This document shows, piece after piece, positions 1 to 9,316 of a stretch of DNA of 64,000 nucleotides (positions within the stretch are counted from its first letter, which is position 1; each line of letters starts with the position of its first letter). This stretch comes from Rhodospirillaceae bacterium (GTDB taxonomy: Bacteria > Pseudomonadota > Alphaproteobacteria > Rhodospirillales > Rhodospirillaceae), in the NCBI GenBank assembly GCA_965229355.1, contig OZ245869.1, positions 2,078,318 through 2,142,317 of the forward strand, in the 5' to 3' direction. The notes beneath the pieces were generated by a model. That model did no database searches and had not been told where the DNA came from. It saw only the letters and a program-made list of their open reading frames with translations. The translations under genes and the position numbers were made by a program.

Positions 1-338
1 CAACAGGGTTAGCGGCCTATCAACGTGTGCTAGCTAAGCTCACACACTTCTTTTTGTACTTTCTCATGTTCCTGCTACCGTTGTCGGGCTGGGCTGCCAT
101 GTCGGCCTTTGGTGAAGCGCCGTCGTATTTTTTCTGGATCGAGCCGTTGCCCTCCATCGTGCCTAAGGTGCCGCTGGATCATCCGTATGGCTATTCGTTC
201 TTCAGCCGCATCCATCACACCGCCATTAATGCGGGCGCAGTGTTGTTAACACTGCATGCGGTCGCGGCTCTGTGGCATCAGTTTGTCAAGAAAGATTCCG
301 TGCTGCGGCGCATGTGGCCGCTGGCAAATCCTGATTAA
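1..338 (+). CDS. cytochrome b561-family protein, C-terminal part (5' end outside window)
   Basis: Reading frame stays open to base 3. Hydrophobic helices carry conserved His residues (RIHHTAINAG, LHAVAALWH), as in CybB-type dihaem cytochromes. Confidence 0.6.
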   Translation, partial: TGLAAYQRVLAKLTHFFLYFLMFLLPLSGWAAMSAFGEAPSYFFWIEPLPSIVPKVPLDHPYGYSFFSRIHHTAINAGAVLLTLHAVAALWHQFVKKDSVLRRMWPLANPD

Positions 339-910
339 GGTCTTTCGCCCCAATTCCAGCCTGAACGCTTTCTGTAGGCATCCGCCAGGCGTGTGTCGGC
401 GGTGTCGAACATATCCGCACCGCTTAACTTCGCCCATGCCATCAGGCGTTCTTCGGTTGCGGCGTGTGGTTCAAGCGCGCCGTCGCCCAAAATATTGAGC
501 ACGGTTTGACCGCGCTCCTTCAACGCGCGTGCCACAAGCAGGCAGCGGTGACAATCCAGCGGATCACGTTCTGCGCACATGACTGCGATGACTTGCGTCG
601 CGGAACCTTTTTCCACACGACTTAAGCCTTCACAGAAATTCGGTGTCTGCGCGATGCGTTCATAGTCAGGCCGTTCAAAGCGCCACAGGGAAGGGTCAGC
701 GGGGCGTCCGCCCAACTGATCTTCCATGGCTACGTATTTCATACCGGCGATTTGGATCGCCTCTTTCAACGGTTCGCGATTGAACTGCGGATTGCGCCGC
801 GAATAGGGTGTGCTGCGCACATCAGCGACAGCCGTAATGCCGTGCTTGTTCAGAAGCGATAAGAAATAATCCAAGGCGTGATTGGAGTGCCCGATCGTGT
901 AAACGCTCAC
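335..910 (-). CDS. DUF488-family protein
   Basis: MSVYTIGHSNH N-terminus and ADVRSTPYSRRNPQFN match the DUF488 signature. It overlaps both neighbours by 4 nt. Confidence 0.7.
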   Translation of the reverse strand: MSVYTIGHSNHALDYFLSLLNKHGITAVADVRSTPYSRRNPQFNREPLKEAIQIAGMKYVAMEDQLGGRPADPSLWRFERPDYERIAQTPNFCEGLSRVEKGSATQVIAVMCAERDPLDCHRCLLVARALKERGQTVLNILGDGALEPHAATEERLMAWAKLSGADMFDTADTRLADAYRKRSGWNWGERP

Positions 911-1725
911 GCGGCGACTTCAGCCATCCAGTCGTTCACGACTTTGGCGAATCTGATCTTCTGGTCTTTACCCGCCACAACGTGCGCGACATCCAAAAGG
1001 TCGATACCTTTGGCCCCCGGAATGCCGTTCTGAATCGGTTTAGTCATGCGCGGGCCTGTCACTATATCTAAGTGGCTATGCACAATCAGTGTTGGGCATT
1101 TGATATTCTTCAACTGCGCTGTTACGTCGTGGCTTAAGCACGCGTTGATAAAGCGTTCGTGCGCGGGGTAACGGCCGCGTAATTCACGCCAGGGGCCTTG
1201 CGGGCCCAATAATTTCTGGTGGTTCTCGTTATAATATTCCGGCGAAAAGCTGAGGACGCACACAAGTTTTTGGAATGCTTCCCAGCCGGCATCACGATGC
1301 GCAGTTTGCAGCACGCGGATATGATCGACGAAGTGTTGGTCGGTCGTGTCGCACCATGCGCCCATGTTCATCATGGACTTCACCATGTCGGGGCGTTTGA
1401 TGGCGATGACTTGGCTGATGCACGCGCCCATGCCGACCAAGCCAATTAAATGTACATCTTTTTTGAAGCCCAAGTGCTCCAAAAGTTGAATGGCATCTTC
1501 GGCGTATAGATCAATTGACGAGGGAATACTTAAATCGTCATCGGACTCACCGATACCGCGATAATCAATAATCACAACGCGATTGGTATCGGTCAGGCCG
1601 CGCGGTAAGTGCACATGCCCGCCGTGACAAAACGTGCCCCAGCCTCCCATCAATAGAACTGGGTCCCCCTTATCGCCATGAATCTCGTAATACATCTGGT
1701 GATTGTTGATGTTTGCAATTGGCAT
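907..1725 (-). CDS. alpha/beta-fold hydrolase-like protein
   Basis: The layout HGDKGDPVLLMGGWG ... IDYRGIGES ... HLIGLVGMGACIS fits the alpha/beta hydrolase fold. No canonical GxSxG serine elbow is visible; the position reads GMGAC/GACIS. Confidence 0.6.
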   Translation of the reverse strand: MPIANINNHQMYYEIHGDKGDPVLLMGGWGTFCHGGHVHLPRGLTDTNRVVIIDYRGIGESDDDLSIPSSIDLYAEDAIQLLEHLGFKKDVHLIGLVGMGACISQVIAIKRPDMVKSMMNMGAWCDTTDQHFVDHIRVLQTAHRDAGWEAFQKLVCVLSFSPEYYNENHQKLLGPQGPWRELRGRYPAHERFINACLSHDVTAQLKNIKCPTLIVHSHLDIVTGPRMTKPIQNGIPGAKGIDLLDVAHVVAGKDQKIRFAKVVNDWMAEVAA

Positions 1726-1851
1726 GTTGGGGGCGCCACCTAAAGCGATTGAGCCTGTGAAAGAAGTATTACCTTATTTTCGTTATGCCTTTTGCCCGGA
1801 AAACTTAAGCCGAACAAGATGAGCACATTGTACAGCATACAAATTTTACCA

Positions 1852-1988
1852 CCCCTCTTGAAAGTCATTCTGTCGCGCTTATGTCGGCTATAACCCACGG
1901 TCCGGGCCCCTCTGGCAAGAGCTGCGCTGGCAATCTTGCGATGTCGGATCGCTTTCTGACATCACCGCCAGCACATTTTTAAGAGGGG
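1852..1988 (+). promoter_or_regulatory. structured 5' leader of the TerC gene (possible riboswitch or attenuator)
   Basis: CCCCTCTT (1852-1859) and GCCCCTCT (1906-1913) are complementary to the Shine-Dalgarno stretch AAGAGGGG (1981-1988), which lies 8 nt before the ATG. The gap upstream of the gene is about 270 nt and non-coding. Confidence 0.3.
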
Positions 1989-1996
1989 TCCCGCGT

Positions 1997-3004
1997 ATGG
2001 AATTTCCATTCATCGACACTGCGTTTCTCACGTCGCCCTGGCTTGGCAAGCCAGTCTGGATGTGGCTGGGCTTTCTCGGCCTTGTCACCACATTGCTCGC
2101 CTTTGACCTGGGTGTTTTGCACAAGAAAGACCGCGAAATTGGTGTTCGCGAAAGCCTGACACTCTCCGCTGTTTATATCGGTCTTGGCCTCACGTTTGGG
2201 GCTTGGGTGTGGTGGCAGCTTGGGGCTGAAAGCGGTATGGCTTACCTCACGGGCTTTGCCGTCGAGAAGACCCTAGCGATGGATAACGTGTTTGTTATCG
2301 CACTTATCTTCTCGTTCTTCGCCATACCGCGCGCCTACCAGCACCGCGTTTTGTTTTGGGGCATCATCGGTGTCATTGTTTTACGTGCGATCATGATCGG
2401 TATTGGCGCTGCGTTGGTGGCCTCGTTTAGCTGGGTTCTATACTTGTTTGCGGCGTTCCTGATTCTCACTGGCATCAAGATGCTGGTGTTTAAAGAAGGC
2501 AGCTACGATCTCGCGAATAACCCGCTGCTCGCTTTCTTGCGTAAGCATTTCAATGTGACCGACACACTGCAGGGCAATCATTTCTTCGTGCGTCAGCCCC
2601 ATCCGGTGACCGCTAAGCCCGTCTGGTTCATGACGCCCCTGTTTTTGGCGCTGGTCCTCATTGAAATTGCCGACGTTATTTTTGCGGTCGATAGCGTGCC
2701 GGCTATTTTTGCCCTCACGACAGACCCGTACATTGTCTACACGTCGAATATCTTCGCGATCTTGGGCTTACGGGCGCTCTATTTTGCGTTGGCCGCGATG
2801 ATTGAGCGGTTCAAATATTTAAAACCGGCGTTGGCGGTCGTGTTGATTTTCATTGGCTCGAAAATCTTTATCGCCGACGCGTTCAATCTGGCCAAATTTC
2901 CGGCGCTGGGCTCGCTCGGTATTACGATGGCAATTCTGGCGTTTGGGATTTTCTATAGCCTTTGGAAAACCCGCAATGATACGCCGCAGCAAAACTTATG
3001 CTAA
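1997..3004 (+). CDS. TerC/Alx-family integral membrane protein
   Basis: 335-aa polytopic protein with TerC-type motifs (LAMDNVFVIALIF, EIADVIFAVDSVPAIFA). Confidence 0.85.
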   Translation: MEFPFIDTAFLTSPWLGKPVWMWLGFLGLVTTLLAFDLGVLHKKDREIGVRESLTLSAVYIGLGLTFGAWVWWQLGAESGMAYLTGFAVEKTLAMDNVFVIALIFSFFAIPRAYQHRVLFWGIIGVIVLRAIMIGIGAALVASFSWVLYLFAAFLILTGIKMLVFKEGSYDLANNPLLAFLRKHFNVTDTLQGNHFFVRQPHPVTAKPVWFMTPLFLALVLIEIADVIFAVDSVPAIFALTTDPYIVYTSNIFAILGLRALYFALAAMIERFKYLKPALAVVLIFIGSKIFIADAFNLAKFPALGSLGITMAILAFGIFYSLWKTRNDTPQQNLC

Positions 3005-3642
3005 ATGCGCCCATGCCGGTGTGCATCGTCGGTTAGCAGCATCCCTTCCATGGTGGTGCGGTAAAGTTGCTTGAAGTTGGGGTCGTTGCGGTACACCCGC
3101 ACGACCTCAATGCCGCAGCGGGCGATCAGGCGTTGAGTGTGTGCTGAGCTGCTATTGCGCAATATGCCTGCGGCTTCAACTGCGCCAAAGCATTTACCCA
3201 GCATCTCGACGTACTGGTTGTGGGTTTTGGCGATCAGGTTGAATTCATCGTGGCCAATGCGCAGGAACAGGGCTTCGCCGTATTTTTCCCATAGCATCGG
3301 GTACATATCGATCACGCCGTACACGATTTCTGCGGGTGATTTGCCCTGAAGTTCTTTCATATGGCTGACGCCCGTTTGAAACACGGGGTCTAAAATATGA
3401 AACACCAAGTCACGCTTGCTGGTGAAAAAGCTATAGAAGGTGCTGCGGGCTAAGCCTGCGGTCGCCAGAATTTCCTCTACGCTCACGTTCTCGATGCCCC
3501 GGTCCAGGAACATCTTGGCCCCTACGCGCAGCACATTCTGGCGCATCCGTTCGCGACGCTGGGCCACCCGCGGGCTGCGTGAGAGTTGGTTGCGGTCCAG
3601 AGCGTCGTCGGTGTCTTCAACGTCAATGTTCATACAAATCAC
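3001..3642 (-). CDS. TetR/AcrR-family transcriptional regulator
   Basis: N-terminal helix-turn-helix VSVEEILATAGLARSTFYSFFTSKRDL. Size is typical of TetR repressors. Confidence 0.85.
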   Translation of the reverse strand: MICMNIDVEDTDDALDRNQLSRSPRVAQRRERMRQNVLRVGAKMFLDRGIENVSVEEILATAGLARSTFYSFFTSKRDLVFHILDPVFQTGVSHMKELQGKSPAEIVYGVIDMYPMLWEKYGEALFLRIGHDEFNLIAKTHNQYVEMLGKCFGAVEAAGILRNSSSAHTQRLIARCGIEVVRVYRNDPNFKQLYRTTMEGMLLTDDAHRHGRI

Positions 3643-3690
3643 CCCAAAGCATACACCGCTGTACGATATTGGGGCGGAACGCCTGTGTCA

Positions 3691-3704
3691 ATACACCTGT
3701 GTAT
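3691..3704. promoter_or_regulatory. palindrome ATACAC-CT-GTGTAT upstream of tetR (candidate operator)
   Basis: Perfect 6-bp arms, 49 bp upstream of the tetR start codon and 19 bp outside the transposon terminus. Confidence 0.4.
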
Positions 3705-3718
3705 GATTTCTGATCGGC

Positions 3719-3723
3719 CCTGG
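3719..3723. repeat. target-site duplication CCTGG (left copy)
   Basis: Identical pentamer abuts both transposon termini (3719-3723 and 39550-39554). Confidence 0.75.
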
Positions 3724-3799
3724 TGTCGCCAGACATTGCTCTTTGCCAAATGGACATATGGGCTTGCCCAATTCGGACTTCAGCTTTTGCCCAATTGCG
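3724..3799 (+). repeat. tnsA-proximal (R-like) transposon end: 8-bp terminus plus three contiguous putative TnsB sites
   Basis: TGTCGCCA is followed by the units GACATTGCTCTTTGCCAAATG (3732), GACATATGGGCTTGCCCAATTCG (3753) and GACTTCAGCTTTTGCCCAATTGCG (3776). Confidence 0.7.
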
Positions 3800-3847
3800 T
3801 AAAACACAACAGGTAGTAGATTGCGCCATCAACGAGGCTAGTTATCG

Positions 3848-4270
3848 ATGGCGGCAATTAACTACGAAGAAAAAGCCAAGTCGCTAGGAAAAGCGATCAA
3901 AGGAGTTCGCGAAGAGCGACAGCTTACGCAAGCTGAACTCGGTGATCTCGTGGGATTGAGCCGACCGGCGATCGCAGCTTTTGAAACTGGCCGCGTAACG
4001 CCTTCACTCGAACTTGTGGATGTAATTGCCAGGGCATTGAGCCTCCACCCCAGAGCACTCGTAAACACCTATCTTGACCCAAACGCTGACAGCCTAACGC
4101 AGTCTGATGACAAGACTTTGCGGCGGGTCATCGCAAAGGTTCAAAGCATGCCAAAGCCACAGCTCGAGAATACGTCGCGACTGCTTGATCTCGTTATCCT
4201 TCGAGATGGCCTGCCGCGAGATGTTCGTAGGCCCAGAGAGACTGCGCGCCGCAAAGAGCGCGTGTCGTAA
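3848..4270 (+). CDS. XRE-family helix-turn-helix regulator (first gene inside the transposon end)
   Basis: The helix-turn-helix region reads QLTQAELGDLVGLSRPAIAAFETGRVTPSL. An RBS-like GAGG lies upstream. Confidence 0.8.
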   Translation: MAAINYEEKAKSLGKAIKGVREERQLTQAELGDLVGLSRPAIAAFETGRVTPSLELVDVIARALSLHPRALVNTYLDPNADSLTQSDDKTLRRVIAKVQSMPKPQLENTSRLLDLVILRDGLPRDVRRPRETARRKERVS

Positions 4271-4296
4271 ACAGTCCAAACGTCATCAATAGGTTA

Positions 4297-4334
4297 TTAA
4301 TAGTATCACGTCATAGTAATCGTGATATTTTAAG
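4297..4334. promoter_or_regulatory. palindromic operator-like site (motif copy O1)
   Basis: TTAATAGTATCACG-N10-CGTGATATTTTAAG with a perfect TATCACG/CGTGATA core, about 60 bp upstream of the 4394 gene. Confidence 0.5.
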
Positions 4335-4393
4335 TAACTCATGTGGTCGCCAGTCTTAAGGCGTGCGCTTTTGTCGCCGCATGAACAGGGCGA

Positions 4394-4873
4394 ATGCGCA
4401 TGACCACAGGCAATACTGAGTTCAGTCTCAACGCTCTCATGAAGTACGTCAGTGCTTTGAGCTACGAGACCATATCGCGCAATCCTGAGTGTCCGATCCG
4501 AATTGCTGCCATAGGACTCGAGCATCGTCAGCGACTGATTGTTGCTGCGTCAACAATACGAAGCGTACACAAGTCGCCGGCAGGCCAATTCTGCAGGTGG
4601 ACCATTTGGACCATCGATGGATTTCCAGGAGCTGCAGAGCCCGAACCTCATCTCACCGGCATAAAGATAGTAGGTGGAACGAGGTCTTATCAGACCACAA
4701 GCGAGGTCGTTGCAATCGCCCACGACTTAAGCTGTGTGCTCACAAGAAGCGGCAAACTATACGAGATTACAGACGAGAGCCCCGAGCTCACAAACGACGG
4801 GTTTATGCAGGTCGTATCGACATTGATCGCGTGGGGCTATCAGAACGCTCTCAGGCTTCCGCCAATTTACTGA
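4394..4873 (+). CDS. hypothetical protein, paralog of 11490..11963
   Basis: 159 aa. The C-terminal half aligns with the 11490 product (HLTG, TTS.V..IA.DLS.V.T.SG.LYE, EL.ND.F, WG, LPP..Y). Confidence 0.6.
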   Translation: MRMTTGNTEFSLNALMKYVSALSYETISRNPECPIRIAAIGLEHRQRLIVAASTIRSVHKSPAGQFCRWTIWTIDGFPGAAEPEPHLTGIKIVGGTRSYQTTSEVVAIAHDLSCVLTRSGKLYEITDESPELTNDGFMQVVSTLIAWGYQNALRLPPIY

Positions 4874-4886
4874 TCCCGAGCGTGCT

Positions 4887-5363
4887 TTATGCGACTGGCG
4901 GAAAGCCTTTCGCAACGAGACCTGAAACGAGGAACGCCCATGCTTTATGTGGATAAGCTTCCCACAATGCTTCATCGGAGCGCGGCGCTTCAGGCAAACT
5001 CTTTCTCCACCATAGATGAAATGGGCTTTCAATTTTCACCACGACCGACGGAAGCCCTAATTGATCGGCAGTGATGTCGATGATGATCTCACCAACTCTA
5101 AGCCATCCGTGCCTGATCCGATCATAGCCGGCATCCGACAAAACTCCCGATATGACAAACGGTTTTAAGCGGAGTGCTTGATCCATGTATCTGCCGAGCA
5201 GATCAGACGTGGGATACGACGCAATGGCGGGATGGGGATAAGAAGCCAGTGCCGGGAACCGATCAAAGGGCTCTTCCAATCCAGCTGACCGGCCCGCTTC
5301 AAAGACCTCTCTCGCACTCGTCGCGAGCTTGGTGAGGAACTCAACAGACCCATATTCGCTCAT
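4887..5363 (-). CDS. hypothetical protein
   Basis: 158-aa ORF convergent with 4394..4873. I recognise no family. Confidence 0.5.
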   Translation of the reverse strand: MSEYGSVEFLTKLATSAREVFEAGRSAGLEEPFDRFPALASYPHPAIASYPTSDLLGRYMDQALRLKPFVISGVLSDAGYDRIRHGWLRVGEIIIDITADQLGLPSVVVKIESPFHLWWRKSLPEAPRSDEALWEAYPHKAWAFLVSGLVAKGFPPVA

Positions 5364-5421
5364 AGGGTTGGCTCAAACCTTCTGTGCTTTAGCGCGGCCC
5401 AGGAACGGTAGGCGATGATTA

Positions 5422-5438
5422 CGTGACACCATTAATAT
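5422..5438 (+). promoter_or_regulatory. operator-like motif copy O2 upstream of tnsA
   Basis: CGTGACACCATTAATAT. It matches O1 (reverse complement) at 12/14 positions and O3 at 13/17, and is embedded in GATGAT...ATCATC. Confidence 0.4.
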
Positions 5439-5660
5439 CATCGTAAGCAACAATTGTTATTATTAAAATCACAGCACATGCAAGGCGGGCGCTTATTACC
5501 ACATTGAAATATTGGGGTAATTTCGATTTTAAGCCTTCTCTCTCTTAACCCGTTACCTTTCGAGACCTCCGTAGCTGTGCGTCAGGTCTCGACCGACGTT
5601 CCAACATACACGTGACGAGGACTCATTGAGTCCATCTGCGAGCAAAGGCGGAGTTACGAT

Positions 5661-6359
5661 ATGAATGCGCACTACCGAGCACAAGGAGTTAGGGCAGAAG
5701 GGCCGACGCCTGTTCCTCTGATAACGCCCGTTCGCATGTTGGGTCTGAACCCAACGACGGCTTCGCGCCGGGGTGTGTTTCAGAGCCGGAAGGTCGACGC
5801 GAGCCTCCATCATGAGAGTGGCTTAGAGAAAAGTGCGTTCATGCGCTTTGAGGCCGACCCGCGGGTAAAATCCTACTGCCCACAACCTTTCACCTTGCGA
5901 TACTTTGAGGACGGTCAAGCAGCGTCCTCAACGCCTGACATCCTGGTGGAGACAGCGACTGGCAAGGTAACCGTCGAAGTAAAACCGCTTAGTAAGCTGT
6001 GTCTGCCTGACGTTGCGCGCAAAATTGCAGCCACGGCACATCTGCTCCGCCAACGCGGCGAAAAATATATCGTTCTCACAGAACGTGAAATCTATTCCCA
6101 ACCGGCCCATGAAAACTCGTTGCTCGTCGCGCGCTATCGTTGGTGGCCGCTAGATCCGGACGCACGCGAAAAAGTGCTGAGCTACTGCCAGGATTTCGAA
6201 CAGCTTCCGGCAAAGAACTTACTTTCATTCATGTCGTTCCTTGGGAATGACGCGCCGCACGTACTATTGACGATGATGGCCCAAGACTACTTCGACTTCG
6301 ACATTTCGATGTCGTTGGATATTGCGCTCACCCTACGCTTGAAGCAGAGCGCGAAATGA
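5661..6359 (+). CDS. tnsA: TnsA-like transposition endonuclease
   Basis: Restriction-endonuclease-like triad ESGLE ... TPDILVE ... VEVKP. Its stop overlaps the tnsB start (ATGA). Confidence 0.85.
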   Translation: MNAHYRAQGVRAEGPTPVPLITPVRMLGLNPTTASRRGVFQSRKVDASLHHESGLEKSAFMRFEADPRVKSYCPQPFTLRYFEDGQAASSTPDILVETATGKVTVEVKPLSKLCLPDVARKIAATAHLLRQRGEKYIVLTEREIYSQPAHENSLLVARYRWWPLDPDAREKVLSYCQDFEQLPAKNLLSFMSFLGNDAPHVLLTMMAQDYFDFDISMSLDIALTLRLKQSAK

Positions 6360-8428
6360 ATAAGCCACTTTCCCCATTTCGCCTCACGCCCGGCCAAACC
6401 GTAATTTTCCGCGGCAAGGAGTACAGAGTATTTGGAAAAACGAGAGCCGGCTGGGCGCTCACGGGCGATGGCATTCCAGCTGTTGAGATCGCCGATACAG
6501 AGCTATTGGAACTGCTGGCTGCGCGCGAAATAAGCTTTATCGCCAACACTGCGGTTCTCAAGACGGCGCATGGTGTTGTGGAGGGCACTCAGTGTATCGC
6601 TGTCCAAGATGAGGCGTCATGGAAGGAAGCCTCTCTTCGCGTCGAGTATGTCTTGATGCTCGAAGCGACTGCTCGCGGATTTCGCACCGGTCATCGTTTC
6701 CAACAGGAAATCGACGACCTCGCTTTAAAGCTCGGAGACAAAGATCCGCCTAAGCCTCGGACTGTACGCGAATGGGCAAGGACGTATCGGAAAGGCTGCC
6801 GCGCGCAGGACGCACTTGTAAAGCAATCGGCTAAGGTCAGCCTCCGCCGCAAACGCCGCGCAGACGCCGCTGTTGATGCCGCCGTGCACAAGTATTTCGG
6901 CGTTTACTTGAAAACGCCTAATTCCGTCCGCGGCATTGCGATCCGTGATGCTCAGCGAGAACTGGAACAGGCCAACGCGACTTGGGTTCCATGTCCCAAG
7001 TATTTTTATCGCCGTTTCGACGAGCTCGAAGGCTTTGGGCCGACGACCACGAAATTTGGAAAGCACACGGCTCGTCGCATGCGGCGCCATACGCTCAATA
7101 GCATCACAGCGTCCCGACCGTTGGAACTGGTGCTCCTGGATTCAACTACCCTTGATGTGTTCGCCGCGTACGGAAAGAAGGGAAAGAAGCGTCCTTTTTT
7201 AACTTTGGTCATTGATGTCTATTCCCGTTTCCCTATCGGCTATTACCTCGGCTTTCGTGACCCGAGCAGTTGGACATCCATCGAAGCGCTGAAGTGCGCG
7301 ATATTGCCTAAGGATTGGGTTCAAAAACATTTCCCCGAATTAGGCCCCTGGTTAGCCCAAGGCATGATGGAAGGTGTGGGCGCCGACAACGGTCGCGAGA
7401 ATTTGGCCGTCTTCGTTGATGGCTGCAACTCACTTGCCATCGACTACTACAGAACGCCTGTGAAAACGCCTTGGGCGAACGGCATTGTCGAAAGGCTTAT
7501 CGGTCGCTGCAATCAACTGCTCCAGAAACTCCCTGGCAGCGTGGGATCTGATCCAGCCCTTATCTATGAAAAAGGCGGCATGCGCGACGACTGCTTAACC
7601 CTTAAGCAGATTGAACGTGAGCTACTAAGAATCATTATTGAAGAGATGCAGAACGCTCAACACACGACGCTCGGTGATAATCCAGGCCGTGTTTGGCTTG
7701 AGGGCGTTGAGCGATTCAAGGTTCGCCCGCCGTGCAATATTGAAAAGCTGGACATGCTCACCGGCGAGCAGATGCGTCGCTCTGCGTCACCGAATGGCAT
7801 CAAATATGATGGCATTCGTTACAACGGTGTCGCCTTGGAAGCACTGCGATTGCGCGATATTCGGCCTCGTCATCCTGATGAAACGGATCGTCCAAAATAC
7901 ACGATCATGGTCTACGAGAACGACATCACGCACATCAAAGTGTTTAATGAGGTCGACAAACACTTCTATACAATTCCCGCGATTGAGCCCGATCTGTACG
8001 ACGGACTTTCGCGCGGTGAGCATCAACTCATTCGCTCACGAGCGCTGAAGCACGCAAAAAAACGGCACCCTGGCTCAGAGTATCGAGGCGTGCATTCTCG
8101 CGACGATTATCTCCGCGCCAAGAAAGAGATTCTTTCGATTCCAGATGAAATTGTGAGCGTCGCGCATCGCGAAGTCATGAGGGCGCGCCCAACGCGCTTG
8201 ACCGAACCACCATCGCAATCCGTCGACACCACTCACCTTCTTGCCGGCGAGGCATCGTACGTCCAATCGAGCATCGACATTTCGAACATAAGTTCGTGCC
8301 CACCTATCGACATGTCGTCGCAACAGACGGACGTGGCCGCTCCCAAGCCTGCCAAGAAGTCCAAGGCCCCAGAGGCCGACCCCACACCCATATCCGCAGA
8401 TCAGTTCACGACCCTCGACTCAGAATAA
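6356..8428 (+). CDS. tnsB: TnsB-like DDE transposase (Mu/retroviral-integrase fold)
   Basis: 690 aa. DDE candidates are LLDSTTLDV, GADNGREN and ANGIVERL. It sits between tnsA and an AAA+ gene. Confidence 0.85.
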   Translation: MNKPLSPFRLTPGQTVIFRGKEYRVFGKTRAGWALTGDGIPAVEIADTELLELLAAREISFIANTAVLKTAHGVVEGTQCIAVQDEASWKEASLRVEYVLMLEATARGFRTGHRFQQEIDDLALKLGDKDPPKPRTVREWARTYRKGCRAQDALVKQSAKVSLRRKRRADAAVDAAVHKYFGVYLKTPNSVRGIAIRDAQRELEQANATWVPCPKYFYRRFDELEGFGPTTTKFGKHTARRMRRHTLNSITASRPLELVLLDSTTLDVFAAYGKKGKKRPFLTLVIDVYSRFPIGYYLGFRDPSSWTSIEALKCAILPKDWVQKHFPELGPWLAQGMMEGVGADNGRENLAVFVDGCNSLAIDYYRTPVKTPWANGIVERLIGRCNQLLQKLPGSVGSDPALIYEKGGMRDDCLTLKQIERELLRIIIEEMQNAQHTTLGDNPGRVWLEGVERFKVRPPCNIEKLDMLTGEQMRRSASPNGIKYDGIRYNGVALEALRLRDIRPRHPDETDRPKYTIMVYENDITHIKVFNEVDKHFYTIPAIEPDLYDGLSRGEHQLIRSRALKHAKKRHPGSEYRGVHSRDDYLRAKKEILSIPDEIVSVAHREVMRARPTRLTEPPSQSVDTTHLLAGEASYVQSSIDISNISSCPPIDMSSQQTDVAAPKPAKKSKAPEADPTPISADQFTTLDSE

Positions 8429-8436
8429 GGCCAGCC

Positions 8437-9306
8437 ATGTTTGAGCACACTGAAATCCTCCGCAAGATCCGCGACCTCAAGACCAAACGCGTCAAGTATC
8501 CGCAATATGTTCAGGCGTGTAAGCGCTTGAGTGATTTTATCACCCTGTCGGAATGTGGGGACGCGACCTTGCTTATGGGCGAAAGCGGCGTCGGCAAAAC
8601 TGTAACAGCAGAAACGGTCTACGACGCCTGCAAGCAAGTGTATGTATCCGATGATCCAAAGCACATGCCGGTAGTGAAATGTCGCCTTCCATCTTCGACC
8701 GGAACTAAAAGTTTGCTTGAGGTGGTTCTGGAGGCCGTGAAGTATCCATTCATCACAAGTGCTACGAAGGAGACGGTGCTAAGCCGCATTGTGCGAGAAG
8801 CTTACGCCGAGCGTGGTGTACGCGTGCTGTTTATCGATGAAATGCAGCGTGCCAAGCACAGCGACAAACGGACAAGAATTCAAGAGGTCGCAAACGCATT
8901 TACCTCCCTTATTGATGAACTCGGTATCGCGGTCGTGATGGTTGGCACTGAGGATATGCAAAATTTCACGCAGCAGTTCGAGCCATTCCGACGCCGCGCA
9001 CTCAAGAGAGTCGTTCTTAGACCATTCGATATGGATACATCCGCCGGCCGCCAGGATGTTCGCAACTTCGTTGGTACTCTTGCTCAGCATTTGCCCGCCC
9101 CCATTGATGGGGCTCTGGTTCAAGAGGAAGGGTTAACGTTTCTCGAAAAAACTACGTCGGGAAAGGTGGGCGTGATTAATGAGCTATTGCGCATCGCTGC
9201 GGCCGAAGAGGTGCGTGTATGCGACGGGGTCCCCAACATCATCTCGTTTGCCCGCATCCGTGAAGCCGCGGATGGCATGGATGTTTCACGCACTCTTGCC
9301 AATTAA
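8437..9306 (+). CDS. tnsC: TnsC-like AAA+ ATPase
   Basis: Walker A GESGVGKT and Walker B LFIDEMQ. The ATG at 8437 lies 8 nt after the tnsB stop, and the longer ORF start at 8296 overlaps tnsB. Confidence 0.8.
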   Translation: MFEHTEILRKIRDLKTKRVKYPQYVQACKRLSDFITLSECGDATLLMGESGVGKTVTAETVYDACKQVYVSDDPKHMPVVKCRLPSSTGTKSLLEVVLEAVKYPFITSATKETVLSRIVREAYAERGVRVLFIDEMQRAKHSDKRTRIQEVANAFTSLIDELGIAVVMVGTEDMQNFTQQFEPFRRRALKRVVLRPFDMDTSAGRQDVRNFVGTLAQHLPAPIDGALVQEEGLTFLEKTTSGKVGVINELLRIAAAEEVRVCDGVPNIISFARIREAADGMDVSRTLAN

Positions 9307-9316
9307 ACGTCCGAGT

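Noticed and set aside
3643-3723. I looked for a tRNA gene or a tyrosine-integrase att site at the island border.
   Set aside because: No cloverleaf-compatible sequence and no integrase gene were seen. The border is fully explained by the Tn7-like terminus and its 5-bp duplication.
5487-5525. I first considered CGGGCGCTTATTACCACATTGAAATATTGGGGTAATTTCG, just upstream of tnsA, as the tnsA-proximal transposon end. It loosely resembles the far-end repeats.
   Set aside because: The similarity is weak, there is no matching terminus and there is no flanking duplication. The 3724 and 39549 ends give a far better inverted repeat plus a perfect 5-bp CCTGG duplication. This segment may be an internal operator or a relic site.
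8296-9316. Long N-terminal extensions of the tnsC (from 8296) and tniQ (from 9179) ORFs.
   Set aside because: The extensions overlap the upstream genes by more than 100 nt and are Arg/Ser/Pro-rich out-of-frame-type sequence. Internal ATGs at 8437 and 9317 give canonical N-termini just after the upstream stops.
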